Assembly (NCBI GenBank): GCA_964594245.1
Contig: CAZQML010000191.1
Coordinates: forward strand, 1 to 37,742
DNA length: 37,742 nt
DNA from: an uncultured Dehalococcoidales bacterium
GTDB lineage: Bacteria > Chloroflexota > Dehalococcoidia > GIF9 > AB-539-J10
Direction: 5' to 3'
A program made the translations under genes and the position numbers. This document shows positions 1 to 8,202 of the stretch, piece after piece. Position 1 is the first letter of the stretch, and every line of letters begins with the position of its first letter. The notes beneath the pieces are model-generated. The model saw only the letters and a list, made by a program, of their open reading frames with translations, searched no databases and was not told where the DNA came from.

Positions 1-263
1 GCTCCAGTGCCTTCCGGCACCGAGGCGACCCGTGAGTCTGTTCTGTTGACCATGTCAGGCCTCGGAGGATACTACACGCGTTCCCAATTGTCCCGTACGG
101 CTTCCATGTAGTCCCAGTAGGATTCAAGGACTCACCCGCTGAATTCCTCGTCCTGCGCCTTCTTGGCATCGAACTCGCGACCAGCGGACGCAAGCTGTTC
201 TTCTAGCGGAGCAGGTGGTGCTTGTACATTGACGCCGGCATCGCGGAATCTTTGGAGTCTCAT
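1..263 (-). pseudogene. possible nonsense-decayed ORF (no family recognised), runs off the left edge
   Basis: One minus-strand frame reads MRLQRFRDAGVNVQAPPAPLEEQLASAGREFDAKKAQDEEFSG, TGA (132-134), VLESYWDYMEAVRDNWERV, TAG (72-74), YPPRPD, then MVNRTDSRVASVPEGTGA out of the window. The same frame continues across two stops. Alternatively these are separate tiny ORFs: ATG 263, and ATG 53 preceded by GAGG. Confidence 0.2.
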
Positions 264-415
264 CCCCCTCTTGGGATGCCGGGTGGCTTCGGTTCGCGGA
301 ACTAATACCCGCCCAGGCAGACTCGACTGCTGCTAGTCGATGAAAGCTGCTCATATCGTATCGTCAGTCTATCAGAGGACTCCATCTCACACTGGCAGCG
401 ATTCCGTGGGGAAGG

Positions 416-862
416 TCAGGTCAATGACAGTCCCTTCTGTGCTCCATTCACCACGGCGTTCACACCCCACTTGGCGAACATGCCTCTTGCCACTTGCTGG
501 GATTGCGCTAGCCTATCGAAGTAGGTTCTCGATTTGACTATCTTCCCGCTTCTGAACTCGTCTATACACACAGCCGGTGATTCAAATTCCATCCCATCAA
601 TGGTTCCCGACAAAACATGTTCGGTTATTACTGCGTCTCCTTGTACGACGATTCCTATGCCGGTCTCTGCAATGTTGTAGTCCTTGACAATTTCATTGAC
701 CCAGGTTAAGTACTTCTCAATCTGTGCCCTGCCTTCGAATACACCGTTTGGGGCTATCCATATTGCATCGTCGGCGAAGAATGAGAGGGCTTGTTGAGTA
801 TCTCCTGCCATCCATGCTTGTTGAAAACGGATAGCTGCATCCTTGTTCTGCTGCTCAGTCAT
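416..862 (-). CDS. SnoaL-like / NTF2-fold (ketosteroid-isomerase-like) protein
   Basis: 148-aa ORF. The N-terminus NKDAAIRFQQAWMAGDTQQALSFFADDAIWIAPNG... is typical of SnoaL/NTF2-like polyketide-cyclase-fold proteins. GGGAGGTG Shine-Dalgarno sits upstream of the ATG. The gene is visibly more AT-rich than the rest of the window. Confidence 0.75.
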   Translation of the reverse strand: MTEQQNKDAAIRFQQAWMAGDTQQALSFFADDAIWIAPNGVFEGRAQIEKYLTWVNEIVKDYNIAETGIGIVVQGDAVITEHVLSGTIDGMEFESPAVCIDEFRSGKIVKSRTYFDRLAQSQQVARGMFAKWGVNAVVNGAQKGLSLT

Positions 863-930
863 CTTGCACCTCCCATGGTATTTGAATTCTATGCCTATTA
901 AGCTTCAAGAACTACATCGGAGTATTGACC

Positions 931-1101
931 TTACCCCGTAGCCCGTGCTTGGGCTAACTGGAGTCTCTCCGTGGTGTCCATGAATTCCTGGAGCGTCAGA
1001 CCGTCAAGCGAGCTGTGCGGCCTGGCGCTATTGTAGTTCTTCCTCCATGCTTTGACGTTCCGTAGCGGAACCCACCGATGTGCTGCGCATCTTCTGCGGG
1101 G
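931..1101 (-). pseudogene. C-terminal remnant of an rve/DDE transposase (IS3/IS481-like)
   Basis: 56-codon open frame bounded by stops: PRRRCAAHRWVPLRNVKAWRKNYNSARPHSSLDGLTLQEFMDTTERLQLAQARATG. W-x3-YN-x2-RPHSSL-x-G-x-T-x2-EF is the conserved tail of integrase-core (rve) transposases. The catalytic part is not present upstream. Confidence 0.7.
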
Positions 1102-1301
1102 TTACCCAATAGGGAAGACAGGGGGGGTGCCTTGGGATTGGCGAATCAAAGTGCGCGTCAGGCTACGAACAAATCACGAACGTGGTTTTGGCAACATTCT
1201 CGTAAGGACTGGTTGGCACTCCCTTATACCCCACGAAGGGATTGACGGCGGGAGGATAGGCACAATATGACCAGTTTGTACGTAACACTACACCGTCGTG
1301 A

Positions 1302-1349
<48 letters not shown>

Positions 1350-1903
1350 GTCTCTCTTCGTAGCTGGCGCATCTCAGCCCTCCTTTCCGCCTTCCCGCAA
1401 CTTGACTTGCCGACATTCTGCTCGACGCGCCGGGCCGCGTCGCGAAGGGGCTGAGCAGAGTGAACCCTGATTCTCCTGGCTCAGAAGGACGATGGCTTGC
1501 GGCGAGAAGCGAGCGAACCAGAGAGAAGCAGTACCTGTGATGCCTATCGCATTGACTCCCACCGTCTTGATGCGTGTGCACAGTGGGTGGCAATCCGTCT
1601 CTATTGTGTTGCAGGCGGTCGTTCCCCGGAGGACTTCTCACCGCGACGGAACAGTCCGATAGTGGCCCCCCCCCTTGTGTGTACCCAGAGTGTTCCGAAT
1701 GGGCCGCGATGGGCGGCAGCCCATTTTGGGCCATAACGGGATCGTTCTGCACAACCACGAAGTCTATCGCGGCGATGTATTGACAGTTGGACTCAACGGG
1801 ACTAGCTTAGAAGGAGGACGGAGGAAGAGGCGGTGGCGCGTACGCCTGCAAGGAGGTGGTGTCGATGTAAGGGGAGTGCCGGTTGGCCGACACGACGAGC
1901 GTG

Positions 1904-1931
1904 TTGACTTCGCAAGGCGCGGGCCTATTGT
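1904..1931 (+). promoter_or_regulatory. candidate sigma70-type promoter TTGACT-16-TATTGT
   Basis: TTGACT (1904-1909), 16-nt spacer, TATTGT (1926-1931). Located about 20 nt upstream of the GAGGAGG Shine-Dalgarno and ATG 1953. Confidence 0.4.
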
Positions 1932-1952
1932 GCAGAGGAGGACTGACAGAAG

Positions 1953-2348
1953 ATGGAAGATATGACTTTGAAGGTGAGGATACTGTCGCTATGGATGTTT
2001 GTCGCTGTGGCGATGTCGGCCCATGGCATACTGTATGTCATGGCGCCGGGCGCCGTAGACGAACTGGCGTCCGGGGAGATGGCTGCGGGGCCGGGAATGC
2101 TGTTCTTCATGTCCCTCTTCTATTTTATCCCGCTTGTGATGGCTTTTCTGTCTGTGACGTTGAGGTACGCTGCCAACCGCCGGGCGAACATGGTCCTGGG
2201 TGCGTTGTTCGTGGTGCTCAACGCGGTGCACCTGACTGAGCATCTGGCGGAGCCGTCCGCACACCAGATCCTGCTGATAGGCTCCACAGTTGTTGCCCCG
2301 GCCCTGATCTTCTGGTACGCGTTGAAGTGGCGCAGTGCCGAGGCATAG
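1953..2348 (+). CDS. small integral membrane protein (about 4 TM segments), unknown function
   Basis: 131-aa ORF with four hydrophobic stretches (ILSLWMFVAVAMSA, MLFFMSLFYFIPLVMAFLSV, MVLGALFVVLNAV, ILLIGSTVVAPALIFWYAL). GAGGAGG lies 10 nt upstream of the ATG. The alternative start is ATG 1962. Confidence 0.6.
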   Translation: MEDMTLKVRILSLWMFVAVAMSAHGILYVMAPGAVDELASGEMAAGPGMLFFMSLFYFIPLVMAFLSVTLRYAANRRANMVLGALFVVLNAVHLTEHLAEPSAHQILLIGSTVVAPALIFWYALKWRSAEA

Positions 2349-3008
2349 CACCCGGAGGCGTCGGAAGGGGCTGCAGCAAGGACATGTGACGTAGTCCCTT
2401 CTCTCGTTTCGCCAGTGCGGGAGGGAGAACACCAGGCGAACACACGCCCACCTTGGTTCGGTAGAGCCAGGAGCGCGCGTGACATCCGGTCGGTAGCTGG
2501 CACTCTACTGAGAATGTGCCGGCGAGATCCGTGATGGCGCGTGGTATCAAGGGGTGCTGCACGAGGGAGTTAGGGTCGCGGGCAGCATCATGGAAATGCT
2601 TGCCTGGACGCAGTGTGCCTTCATATCAGTGTCCCCGAGCTTTCGCAGACCGTGGGTTGTTGGTGGATGAGCCAATCACGAATGACGCACTGCACGTATT
2701 CTTCTTGTGACGGGCCGATACTGTTTGCCATTCCAAGAACGATTGATGCCGGGCCGATGGTCGCAATTGCTCCGCCGCCATCAGGTCGCGGGACGCAACG
2801 GGGTCCCATGGGGCAAGTTCATCGTACCCGGGACTCGCAGGCTCTCCCGTGCGGGCTCAGGGCGCAGCACGAGCCCTTTGTTCGCGGTATGCGTTGTCTC
2901 GTGCGTTGCCTGCCTCGGTGTCTTGAAGCCGCATAATACACGCTCGCTCCGGTAGCTGTCCTGCAGCCTTCTCGGCGGCGTCGATGTTGGAGGACTCCGG
3001 GGTGCAGT

Positions 3009-3037
3009 TTGACGGTCGTGTGCTACGTGAGTACTAT
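3009..3037 (+). promoter_or_regulatory. candidate strong promoter TTGACG-17-TACTAT
   Basis: TTGACG (3009-3014), exact 17-nt spacer, TACTAT (3032-3037). It lies about 70 nt upstream of the small membrane ORF. Confidence 0.5.
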
Positions 3038-3107
3038 CGGCGATGCCCGCAATGAGGGGCAGCATGCCTCATTGCGGACTGAAGGGGGCAAGCATGACTG
3101 GAGGGAG

Positions 3108-3302
3108 GTGCTGGAGTTGAGCAACGAGACTGACGAGTCCAAGAAGCGATGGGAAGCCGGCGGCCTGTTCATCCCGGCAGGCCTATTCATTGGCATGGGA
3201 GTCGGGTGGGCACTTGGGTACCTTGTGCAAGGTCTCCTTATTGGCTTGGGCGCCGGTTTCCTGTGCCTGGCCATAGTCCGACTCATGCCCGAGAAGAAGT
3301 GA
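3108..3302 (+). CDS. small two-TM membrane protein, unknown function
   Basis: The C-terminal part of ORF 3009..3302 is hydrophobic (GGLFIPAGLFIGMGVGWALGYLVQGLLIGLGAGFLCLAIV). The promoter at 3009-3037 excludes the annotated ATG. GGAGGGAGG (3100-3108) precedes the in-frame GTG 3108 and TTG 3117, so the start is ambiguous between these two. Confidence 0.5.
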   Translation: MLELSNETDESKKRWEAGGLFIPAGLFIGMGVGWALGYLVQGLLIGLGAGFLCLAIVRLMPEKK

Positions 3303-3555
3303 GAGTGTAGCAGTAGGACTGCTCCAGTAAGAACAGAACGGAATACGGCTCGGTCAGTCGCTGGACGGCTACGCCCGGCTGCCTTCGGAAAGGGCCTGAA
3401 TTCGTAGATGGTCTGAGGCGTGCGGAAGATTACGAGGGCGCCAGCCGTTGGCGTGCTGTCGTCACGGAGTCTGAGATCAGCAACGCCGGACCATTGGCAC
3501 GTGCAGGAACTTCAGCCCCGGGTCAGGGCAAGGATGTTGATGGAATGTCAGGACC

Positions 3556-4293
3556 CTAAAGCTGCAATACCTTGGAAAGGAATGCTTTGGTTCGCTCCTT
3601 CTCAGGAGTTGAGAAAAGCTTCTCAGGCGGCCCCGCTTCCACGATCTGCCCCTCATCCATGAAGATGGCGCGACTGGCTGCGGCGCGAGCGAAGCCCATC
3701 TCGTGAGAGACCACCACCATCGTCATACCTTCACGGGCCAGCGCCAGCATGACATCAAGCACCTCTTTGATCATCTCCGGGTCGAGCGCGCTCGTTGGCT
3801 CGTCAAAGAGCATCACCTTCGGGTTCATGGCCAGCGCCCGCGCAATCGCCACACGCTGTTGCTGCCCGCCCGAAAGCTCGTGGGGATAGCTGCCTGCCTT
3901 GTCCGTGATACCGACCTTGGCAAGGAGCGCCAGTGCGGTCTCCCTCGATTCGGCGGTCGGCCGGTTGCGCACAATGCGCTGAGCCAGGGTCAGATTGTCC
4001 ATCACAGTGAGGTGACCAAAGAGGTTGAAGGACTGGAACACCATGCCCACTTCACGGCGGACGGCGTTGATATCGCCGGCGCCCTTGAGCTGAATCCCAT
4101 CCACGATGACACGGCCGGAATCATGCACTTCCAGGTGATTGATGCACCGCAGCAGCGTCGATTTTCCCGAGCCGGAAGGGCCGAGAATAACCACAACTTC
4201 TCCCGCCTTGATGTCAAGGCTCACCCCCCGCAATGCGTGGACCTGCCCGAAGTACTTGTGGATGTCCTCGATTCGGATGATAGGTTCCGCCAT
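3556..4293 (-). CDS. polar amino-acid ABC transporter, ATP-binding protein (GlnQ/HisP type)
   Basis: Walker [10 protein letters not shown], signature [15 protein letters not shown], Walker [12 protein letters not shown] and an H-loop SHEM. Start set at [16 protein letters not shown] (ATG 4293-4291), which overlaps the permease stop as TAATG. The longer ORF to 4389 would overlap the permease. Confidence 0.95.
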   Translation of the reverse strand: MAEPIIRIEDIHKYFGQVHALRGVSLDIKAGEVVVILGPSGSGKSTLLRCINHLEVHDSGRVIVDGIQLKGAGDINAVRREVGMVFQSFNLFGHLTVMDNLTLAQRIVRNRPTAESRETALALLAKVGITDKAGSYPHELSGGQQQRVAIARALAMNPKVMLFDEPTSALDPEMIKEVLDVMLALAREGMTMVVVSHEMGFARAAASRAIFMDEGQIVEAGPPEKLFSTPEKERTKAFLSKVLQL

Positions 4294-5174
4294 TATGAAC
4301 TCCCCACTCCACGCTTCTTTTCCAGCCACGCAATGAACCTGGCCGAGAAGAGAGTCATAAGGAGGTACAACAGGGCAACAAGCGCCCACACCTCAATAGG
4401 ATTGAAATGGACCGCCATGAACTCCCGCCCCCGCCGGGTAAGGTCCGCAACCGCGACGACGCTGACGAGAGAGGTATCCTTCAACAGCATGATGAACTCG
4501 TTGCCCACCGGCGGCAACACAACACGGAGGGCTTGCGGCAGCACCACGTAGCGCATGGACTGGAAGTAGTTCATCCCCAGGCTCCGAGCGGCTTCCATCT
4601 GTCCGCGGTGGATGCTCAGGATACCTGCCCTGAAAATCTCGCTCATATAGGCGCCATAGCAGATCACCAGGCCTACGATTGCCAGGAGAAGAGCGTTCGC
4701 CCGGTATTCTGCAAGGGCGCTGATCCTCAGGATAGCGCCGATGTACTGGATGACTACAGGAGCGGCGAAATACCACCAGATAAGCTGCACGAGAAGAGGA
4801 ATGCCCCGCACGACTTCAACATACAGTGAGGCAACAAGGTGAATCAGACGATTGCTGGAGATCCTCCCCAAACCACCGAGCAGCCCGACAATCATGATGA
4901 AGACGAACGAGCACAGTGTCAGGATAATGGTGATGACCACCCCGTCAAGCACAAAGACGAGGATTTCCTCGAATGGGTCCGCCTTCCACAGGATGAGGAA
5001 GACAATCAGGCCGGCAACGGCCACCACGAGCCACCACCAGGGGTCGAGCCGATAGCCGAGCGCAGCGCCCGGCACCCGGCTCAACTCTTCCCGCGTGGGA
5101 ACAGGGTCTTCACCAGGGGCGGGCCGGGTGGTGCCCGACCCGCCTGATCTTCTCGAACGACCTATCGATGGCAA
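4293..5174 (-). CDS. polar amino-acid ABC transporter permease (His/Glu/Gln/Arg/opine family)
   Basis: Multi-TM protein with the family core ...[65 protein letters not shown].... The ORF opens with TTG 5174 without a good SD. An unusual 45-aa Arg/Pro/Gly-rich N-terminus precedes the first TM, and an in-frame GTG about 100 nt downstream is an alternative start. Confidence 0.88.
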   Translation of the reverse strand: MPSIGRSRRSGGSGTTRPAPGEDPVPTREELSRVPGAALGYRLDPWWWLVVAVAGLIVFLILWKADPFEEILVFVLDGVVITIILTLCSFVFIMIVGLLGGLGRISSNRLIHLVASLYVEVVRGIPLLVQLIWWYFAAPVVIQYIGAILRISALAEYRANALLLAIVGLVICYGAYMSEIFRAGILSIHRGQMEAARSLGMNYFQSMRYVVLPQALRVVLPPVGNEFIMLLKDTSLVSVVAVADLTRRGREFMAVHFNPIEVWALVALLYLLMTLFSARFIAWLEKKRGVGSS

Positions 5175-5181
5175 GGGCTAA

Positions 5182-5919
5182 TTACTCAAGCCACTTCTTG
5201 GATATTTCGTCGAACTTGCCTTCGGCTTTCATGGCAGCAATAGCCGTATTGATTTTGGCAACGATGGCCTCGTTGCCTTTCGCAGCAGCAATGCCATAGA
5301 ACTCATCGGTGAAGGCTTCACCAACGGTCTTCAGTTTGCCGGAGTTCTCCTGGACGTAGCCGAGGGCCACCGGATTGTCGCACACCACCGCAACGATCTG
5401 CCCATTCATCAGATCCTGGACACCAAGACCGATATCATCGTAGGTCTTGAGCGTGGCCGCGGCGATCTTTTCAATCTCAAACGCGCCTGTCGTGCCTATC
5501 TGCGCACCGACAACGCCTGAAAGGTCCTTGTAGCTGGTTATGCTGGTGTCGTCCTTGGCGACAACCACCATCTGTCCGGCCGCAAAATATGGGTCGGAGA
5601 AGAGCATGTCTTTCTTGCGGTCTTCCCTTATCGTAATGGACGAGATTGCAAGGTCATACGTTCCCTGCGCCATCCCGGCCAGCAACGGGTCCCAGCCCAC
5701 GTTGACGAACTCAATATCCAGGTCGGCCCTTTCCGCGATGGCTTTCATGACATCGATATCGAACCCTTCGATTTCCTTGGTGTCGGTGTTGACGTATTCG
5801 AACGGAGGCCAGGTTGCATCGGTCGCGACCTGCAGGCTCGATGTTCCTGAGCTACACCCGGGAACAATGATGCCAACAAGCAGCAGCCCGATGAGCAGGA
5901 GCCAGGTTGTCTTCTTCAC
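5182..5919 (-). CDS. amino-acid ABC transporter substrate-binding lipoprotein (family 3 SBP)
   Basis: GTG start after GGGGGG. Signal peptide with lipobox MKKTTWLLLIGLLLVGIIVPGC. The body has DATWPPFEY...GFDIDVMKAIAE...Y D LAISSITIT-type motifs typical of HisJ/GlnH/ArtJ-like binding proteins. Confidence 0.9.
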   Translation of the reverse strand: MKKTTWLLLIGLLLVGIIVPGCSSGTSSLQVATDATWPPFEYVNTDTKEIEGFDIDVMKAIAERADLDIEFVNVGWDPLLAGMAQGTYDLAISSITIREDRKKDMLFSDPYFAAGQMVVVAKDDTSITSYKDLSGVVGAQIGTTGAFEIEKIAAATLKTYDDIGLGVQDLMNGQIVAVVCDNPVALGYVQENSGKLKTVGEAFTDEFYGIAAAKGNEAIVAKINTAIAAMKAEGKFDEISKKWLE

Positions 5920-6000
5920 TGATTTCCCCCCAATTATTTCTTTCTCGCACCAAATGCCATATCCTGACGGGCCGGACCGTTCGTCCGGGGGAGCGCTACG

Positions 6001-6009
6001 ATAGTATCA
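6001..6009 (-). promoter_or_regulatory. candidate extended -10 element TGATACTAT for the ABC transporter operon
   Basis: The minus strand reads gGTGATACTATcg: TGn followed by TACTAT, about 80 nt upstream of the GTG at 5919. The -35 is poor (AGTTCA). A second candidate is TTGACG (6064-6059)-18-TAAAGT (6040-6035). Confidence 0.3.
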
Positions 6010-6437
6010 CCGCAGGTTGCATTGAACTTGGTCTACTTTAACCACGTTTAGATGCTTGCGTCAATGCGCTCTGGTCGATAACCGGATATGGCTCAGGCCC
6101 GCTCGGCATATTCTGCCCGGTGCGTCCATTGCACTCTACACGCTCAGGCTCTGCACGGGGTCCAATTGCCGCATTGGTGTGCGGAGTCCGGCTAGACGCC
6201 GGCGACCAGGTACAAGGTTGCCAATGCCGGGCCAGGCAGGAGCCAATCGACAACCTTGAACAGCTTCCCACACTCACAAGGCCGGCGTGGAACTGAGACG
6301 CCTGAGTGCATTGATTCGGCGCGATTCCGGCGCGCACACCGTGGTGGGCATAGCCTCTCTCCCCCCTCCGAGAGGGTAGAGGTCTACTCAATCCGCGGCT
6401 GCTCGGCAGGACTCACGGCTGGGACATGTCGACACTG

Positions 6438-6452
6438 CCGCACAACGTGCGG
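6438..6452 (-). terminator. short GC hairpin downstream of the GreA-like gene (weak terminator candidate)
   Basis: CCGCAC-gtt-GTGCGG starts 13 nt after the stop at 6465. No U-tract follows, so this is a weak call. Confidence 0.2.
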
Positions 6453-6464
6453 ACAGAATCGGAC

Positions 6465-7256
6465 CTACGCGTTCTTGCCGCCTTTCGACCGTTCAACTCG
6501 ATACTTGAAGATCCCGGCAGGCGCCGCGAACTCGCACTCGTCCCCGGTTGTCTTTCCGAGGATGGCACGGCCCATTGGAGAGGATGAGGAGAGTCTCCCC
6601 TGGCTGGCGCTGGCCTCACTGCTGTCCACCAGTTTGTATGTCAGTGCGGCGCCGCTGGCCAGATTGGTCAACAGAACGGTATCACCCACGCTGATGCGAC
6701 TCTTGCCGCCTGCTTCATCCGCGACGGTTGCGCGCGAGAGAGTCTCCTCCAGTTCCAGTATCTTGCCTTCGACAAGGGACTTCTCCTCGCGGGCAGCCTG
6801 GAGAGGAGCGTTTTCCCTGAAATCCTTGTCTGCCGCAGCCGTGCGCATCTGCTCGATAACGACAGTCCGCTGATTCCGTAGCTCGTCCAGCTGAGCCCGA
6901 AGGCTGTCGAGCCCCTCACGAGTGACTTGAATCGCCTCGGCTGCCGCACGCGAGTCCTTGGAAGGGTCGTTGGGGTCTTTGCGCACCTTCACGCGGCTTG
7001 CGAGGCCTCGTGTCGTAAGGCGCTTCCTGTAGGCGTAGCTGAAGAACGCCCTGAGAGCGGCGGCTTGACCCGGGACAACGGTCTGGCAGTACGCGTCCAC
7101 ATCTCGCGGGCGGATTGTCCCCACCGGGCGGTGTCGTCCGTACCAGCGTGCGAACTTCTGCACCGCAGCTTCGTGCGTGGAGCGCTTCGGCCCGTCCAGG
7201 CCGGCGAGAAAGGCGACTGCAGCCATCTCGACAGTGAAGTCCTGTTGCTCAACCAT
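6465..7256 (-). CDS. greA: GreA-family transcript cleavage factor with an about 100-aa N-terminal extension
   Basis: The C-terminal 160 aa align to GreA. Coiled coil: TREGLDSLRAQLDELRNQR...DFRENAPLQAAREEKSLVEGKILELEETLSRATV. Globular domain: ISVGDTVLLTNL...YKLVDSSEAS...GRLSSSSPMGRAILGKTTGDECEF..P.G...YRV. Start set at MVEQQDF (ATG 7256), overlapping the agmatinase stop by 8 nt. The 358-aa ORF in the track runs through the agmatinase gene in another frame. Confidence 0.8.
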   Translation of the reverse strand: MVEQQDFTVEMAAVAFLAGLDGPKRSTHEAAVQKFARWYGRHRPVGTIRPRDVDAYCQTVVPGQAAALRAFFSYAYRKRLTTRGLASRVKVRKDPNDPSKDSRAAAEAIQVTREGLDSLRAQLDELRNQRTVVIEQMRTAAADKDFRENAPLQAAREEKSLVEGKILELEETLSRATVADEAGGKSRISVGDTVLLTNLASGAALTYKLVDSSEASASQGRLSSSSPMGRAILGKTTGDECEFAAPAGIFKYRVERSKGGKNA

Positions 7257-8202
7257 GTTGTGTCGCCTCCTGTTCCGTGCTTCCGGCACGGGCGGTGTTA
7301 GTCGTATTGCCGCCTGCATCTTTCCAGATGTACCCGATGAGTCTGTAGATGAGCTTGGCAAGCATATAGGCAGATGAGGCCGCGCCGCCGGCTCTGGGAC
7401 AGAACTCCACAACGTCGAATCCGACGATTGTCTTCTGCCTCGCCACTTCTCGCAGCACAAGCCAGATGTCATTCCACGTGAGACCGCCGGGCTCGGGGGT
7501 GCCGACCCACGGGAGTACGGCGCTGTCGAACACATCTGCATCGATGGTGACGTAGACGGTCTCGGTGAGGGCGGATGTCAGTTTGCCCAGCCAGGTGTTG
7601 GTGTCTCCCTGCGGCGGCCAGAACACGACGGGCAGGTCTTCTTCCGTAATGAGTTGTCGTTCCGCGCTTGAGAGGCTCCTCACGCCTGCCTGAGCCGCGG
7701 GGCACAGTTCGCGTATCCTGCGCATGACAGTTGCCTGGCTGAACCGCGCCCCGAGATAGTCGTCCCGCAGGTCCGCATGCGCATCGAGTTGCAGCACGGA
7801 CAGTCCATCGTACCTCTCAACGAGGGCCTGGACGGCCCCTATCGTTATGGTGTGTTCGCCGCCCAGCATGACGGGAACCTTGTCCCGGTCAAGCCAGCGG
7901 CCTATTTCGTCCTTGACGGTGGCAACCATGCACTCGGGTCCGCTGAGGTCGGGAGCCAGCTCGTCGACCGTGCAGATGCCGGCGCGGGACACATCGGCAT
8001 CGAGTTCATGGTCGTACAGCTCCAGCAAGCGGGAACTCTCTATGATGCTGAGTGGCCCTTGGCGAGTCCCGGAAAGCCACTCGGTAGTGGCCTCATAGGG
8101 CACCGGGACCACGACATAGCGCGAGGCGGAGATATCAGCTATAGACGAAGGCAGGCCCGCGAACGAGAAGCTGGATTGCGGAATCCCCCCTTCATGACCC
8201 AT
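7249..8202 (-). CDS. speB: agmatinase / ureohydrolase (arginase family)
   Basis: Arginase-fold metal motifs are present: MLGGEHTITIG, LQLDAHADLRDDY, TIDADVFDSAV, GFDVVEFCP. ATG 8202 lies 11 nt inside the upstream decarboxylase ORF. Confidence 0.9.
   Translation of the reverse strand: MGHEGGIPQSSFSFAGLPSSIADISASRYVVVPVPYEATTEWLSGTRQGPLSIIESSRLLELYDHELDADVSRAGICTVDELAPDLSGPECMVATVKDEIGRWLDRDKVPVMLGGEHTITIGAVQALVERYDGLSVLQLDAHADLRDDYLGARFSQATVMRRIRELCPAAQAGVRSLSSAERQLITEEDLPVVFWPPQGDTNTWLGKLTSALTETVYVTIDADVFDSAVLPWVGTPEPGGLTWNDIWLVLREVARQKTIVGFDVVEFCPRAGGAASSAYMLAKLIYRLIGYIWKDAGGNTTNTARAGSTEQEATQHG

Noticed and set aside
2621-2809. 62-aa minus-strand ORF (…GGGAIATIGPASIVLGMANSIGPSQEEYVQCVIRDWLIHQ…) as a real gene.
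   Set aside because: No start context and no family recognised, and the neighbouring frames are broken. It is kept only as a possible gene remnant in the findings.
3703-4551. Long ORFs antisense to recognised genes: 3703..4551, 10694..11407, 15676..16419, 17044..17874, 20816..21736, 28826..29503, 29466..30251 and many shorter ones.
   Set aside because: Each lies entirely opposite a gene with clear family motifs. Their translations are Arg/Pro/Gly/Ala-rich with no motifs. Such shadow ORFs are expected in high-GC DNA because stop codons are rare.
5972-5988. Guanidine (ykkC or mini-ykkC) riboswitch in the ABC transporter leader. This was suggested by the ACGA-containing hairpin CCGGAC-gaacg-GTCCGG and the nearby agmatinase.
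   Set aside because: The loop is not the conserved ACGR tetraloop in the right stem context, there is no second partner hairpin, and the ykkC core sequences are absent.
6465-7541. 358-aa version of the GreA-like ORF. Similar N-terminally over-extended ORFs occur at 3556..4389, 8662..10089, 16390..17820, 24152..24772, 25326..26078, 26024..26656, 31797..32627, 33652..34185 and 15809..16339.
   Set aside because: The extensions overlap the preceding gene in another frame and lack homology. Internal starts give canonical N-termini and typical ATGA, GTGA or TAATG coupling overlaps.
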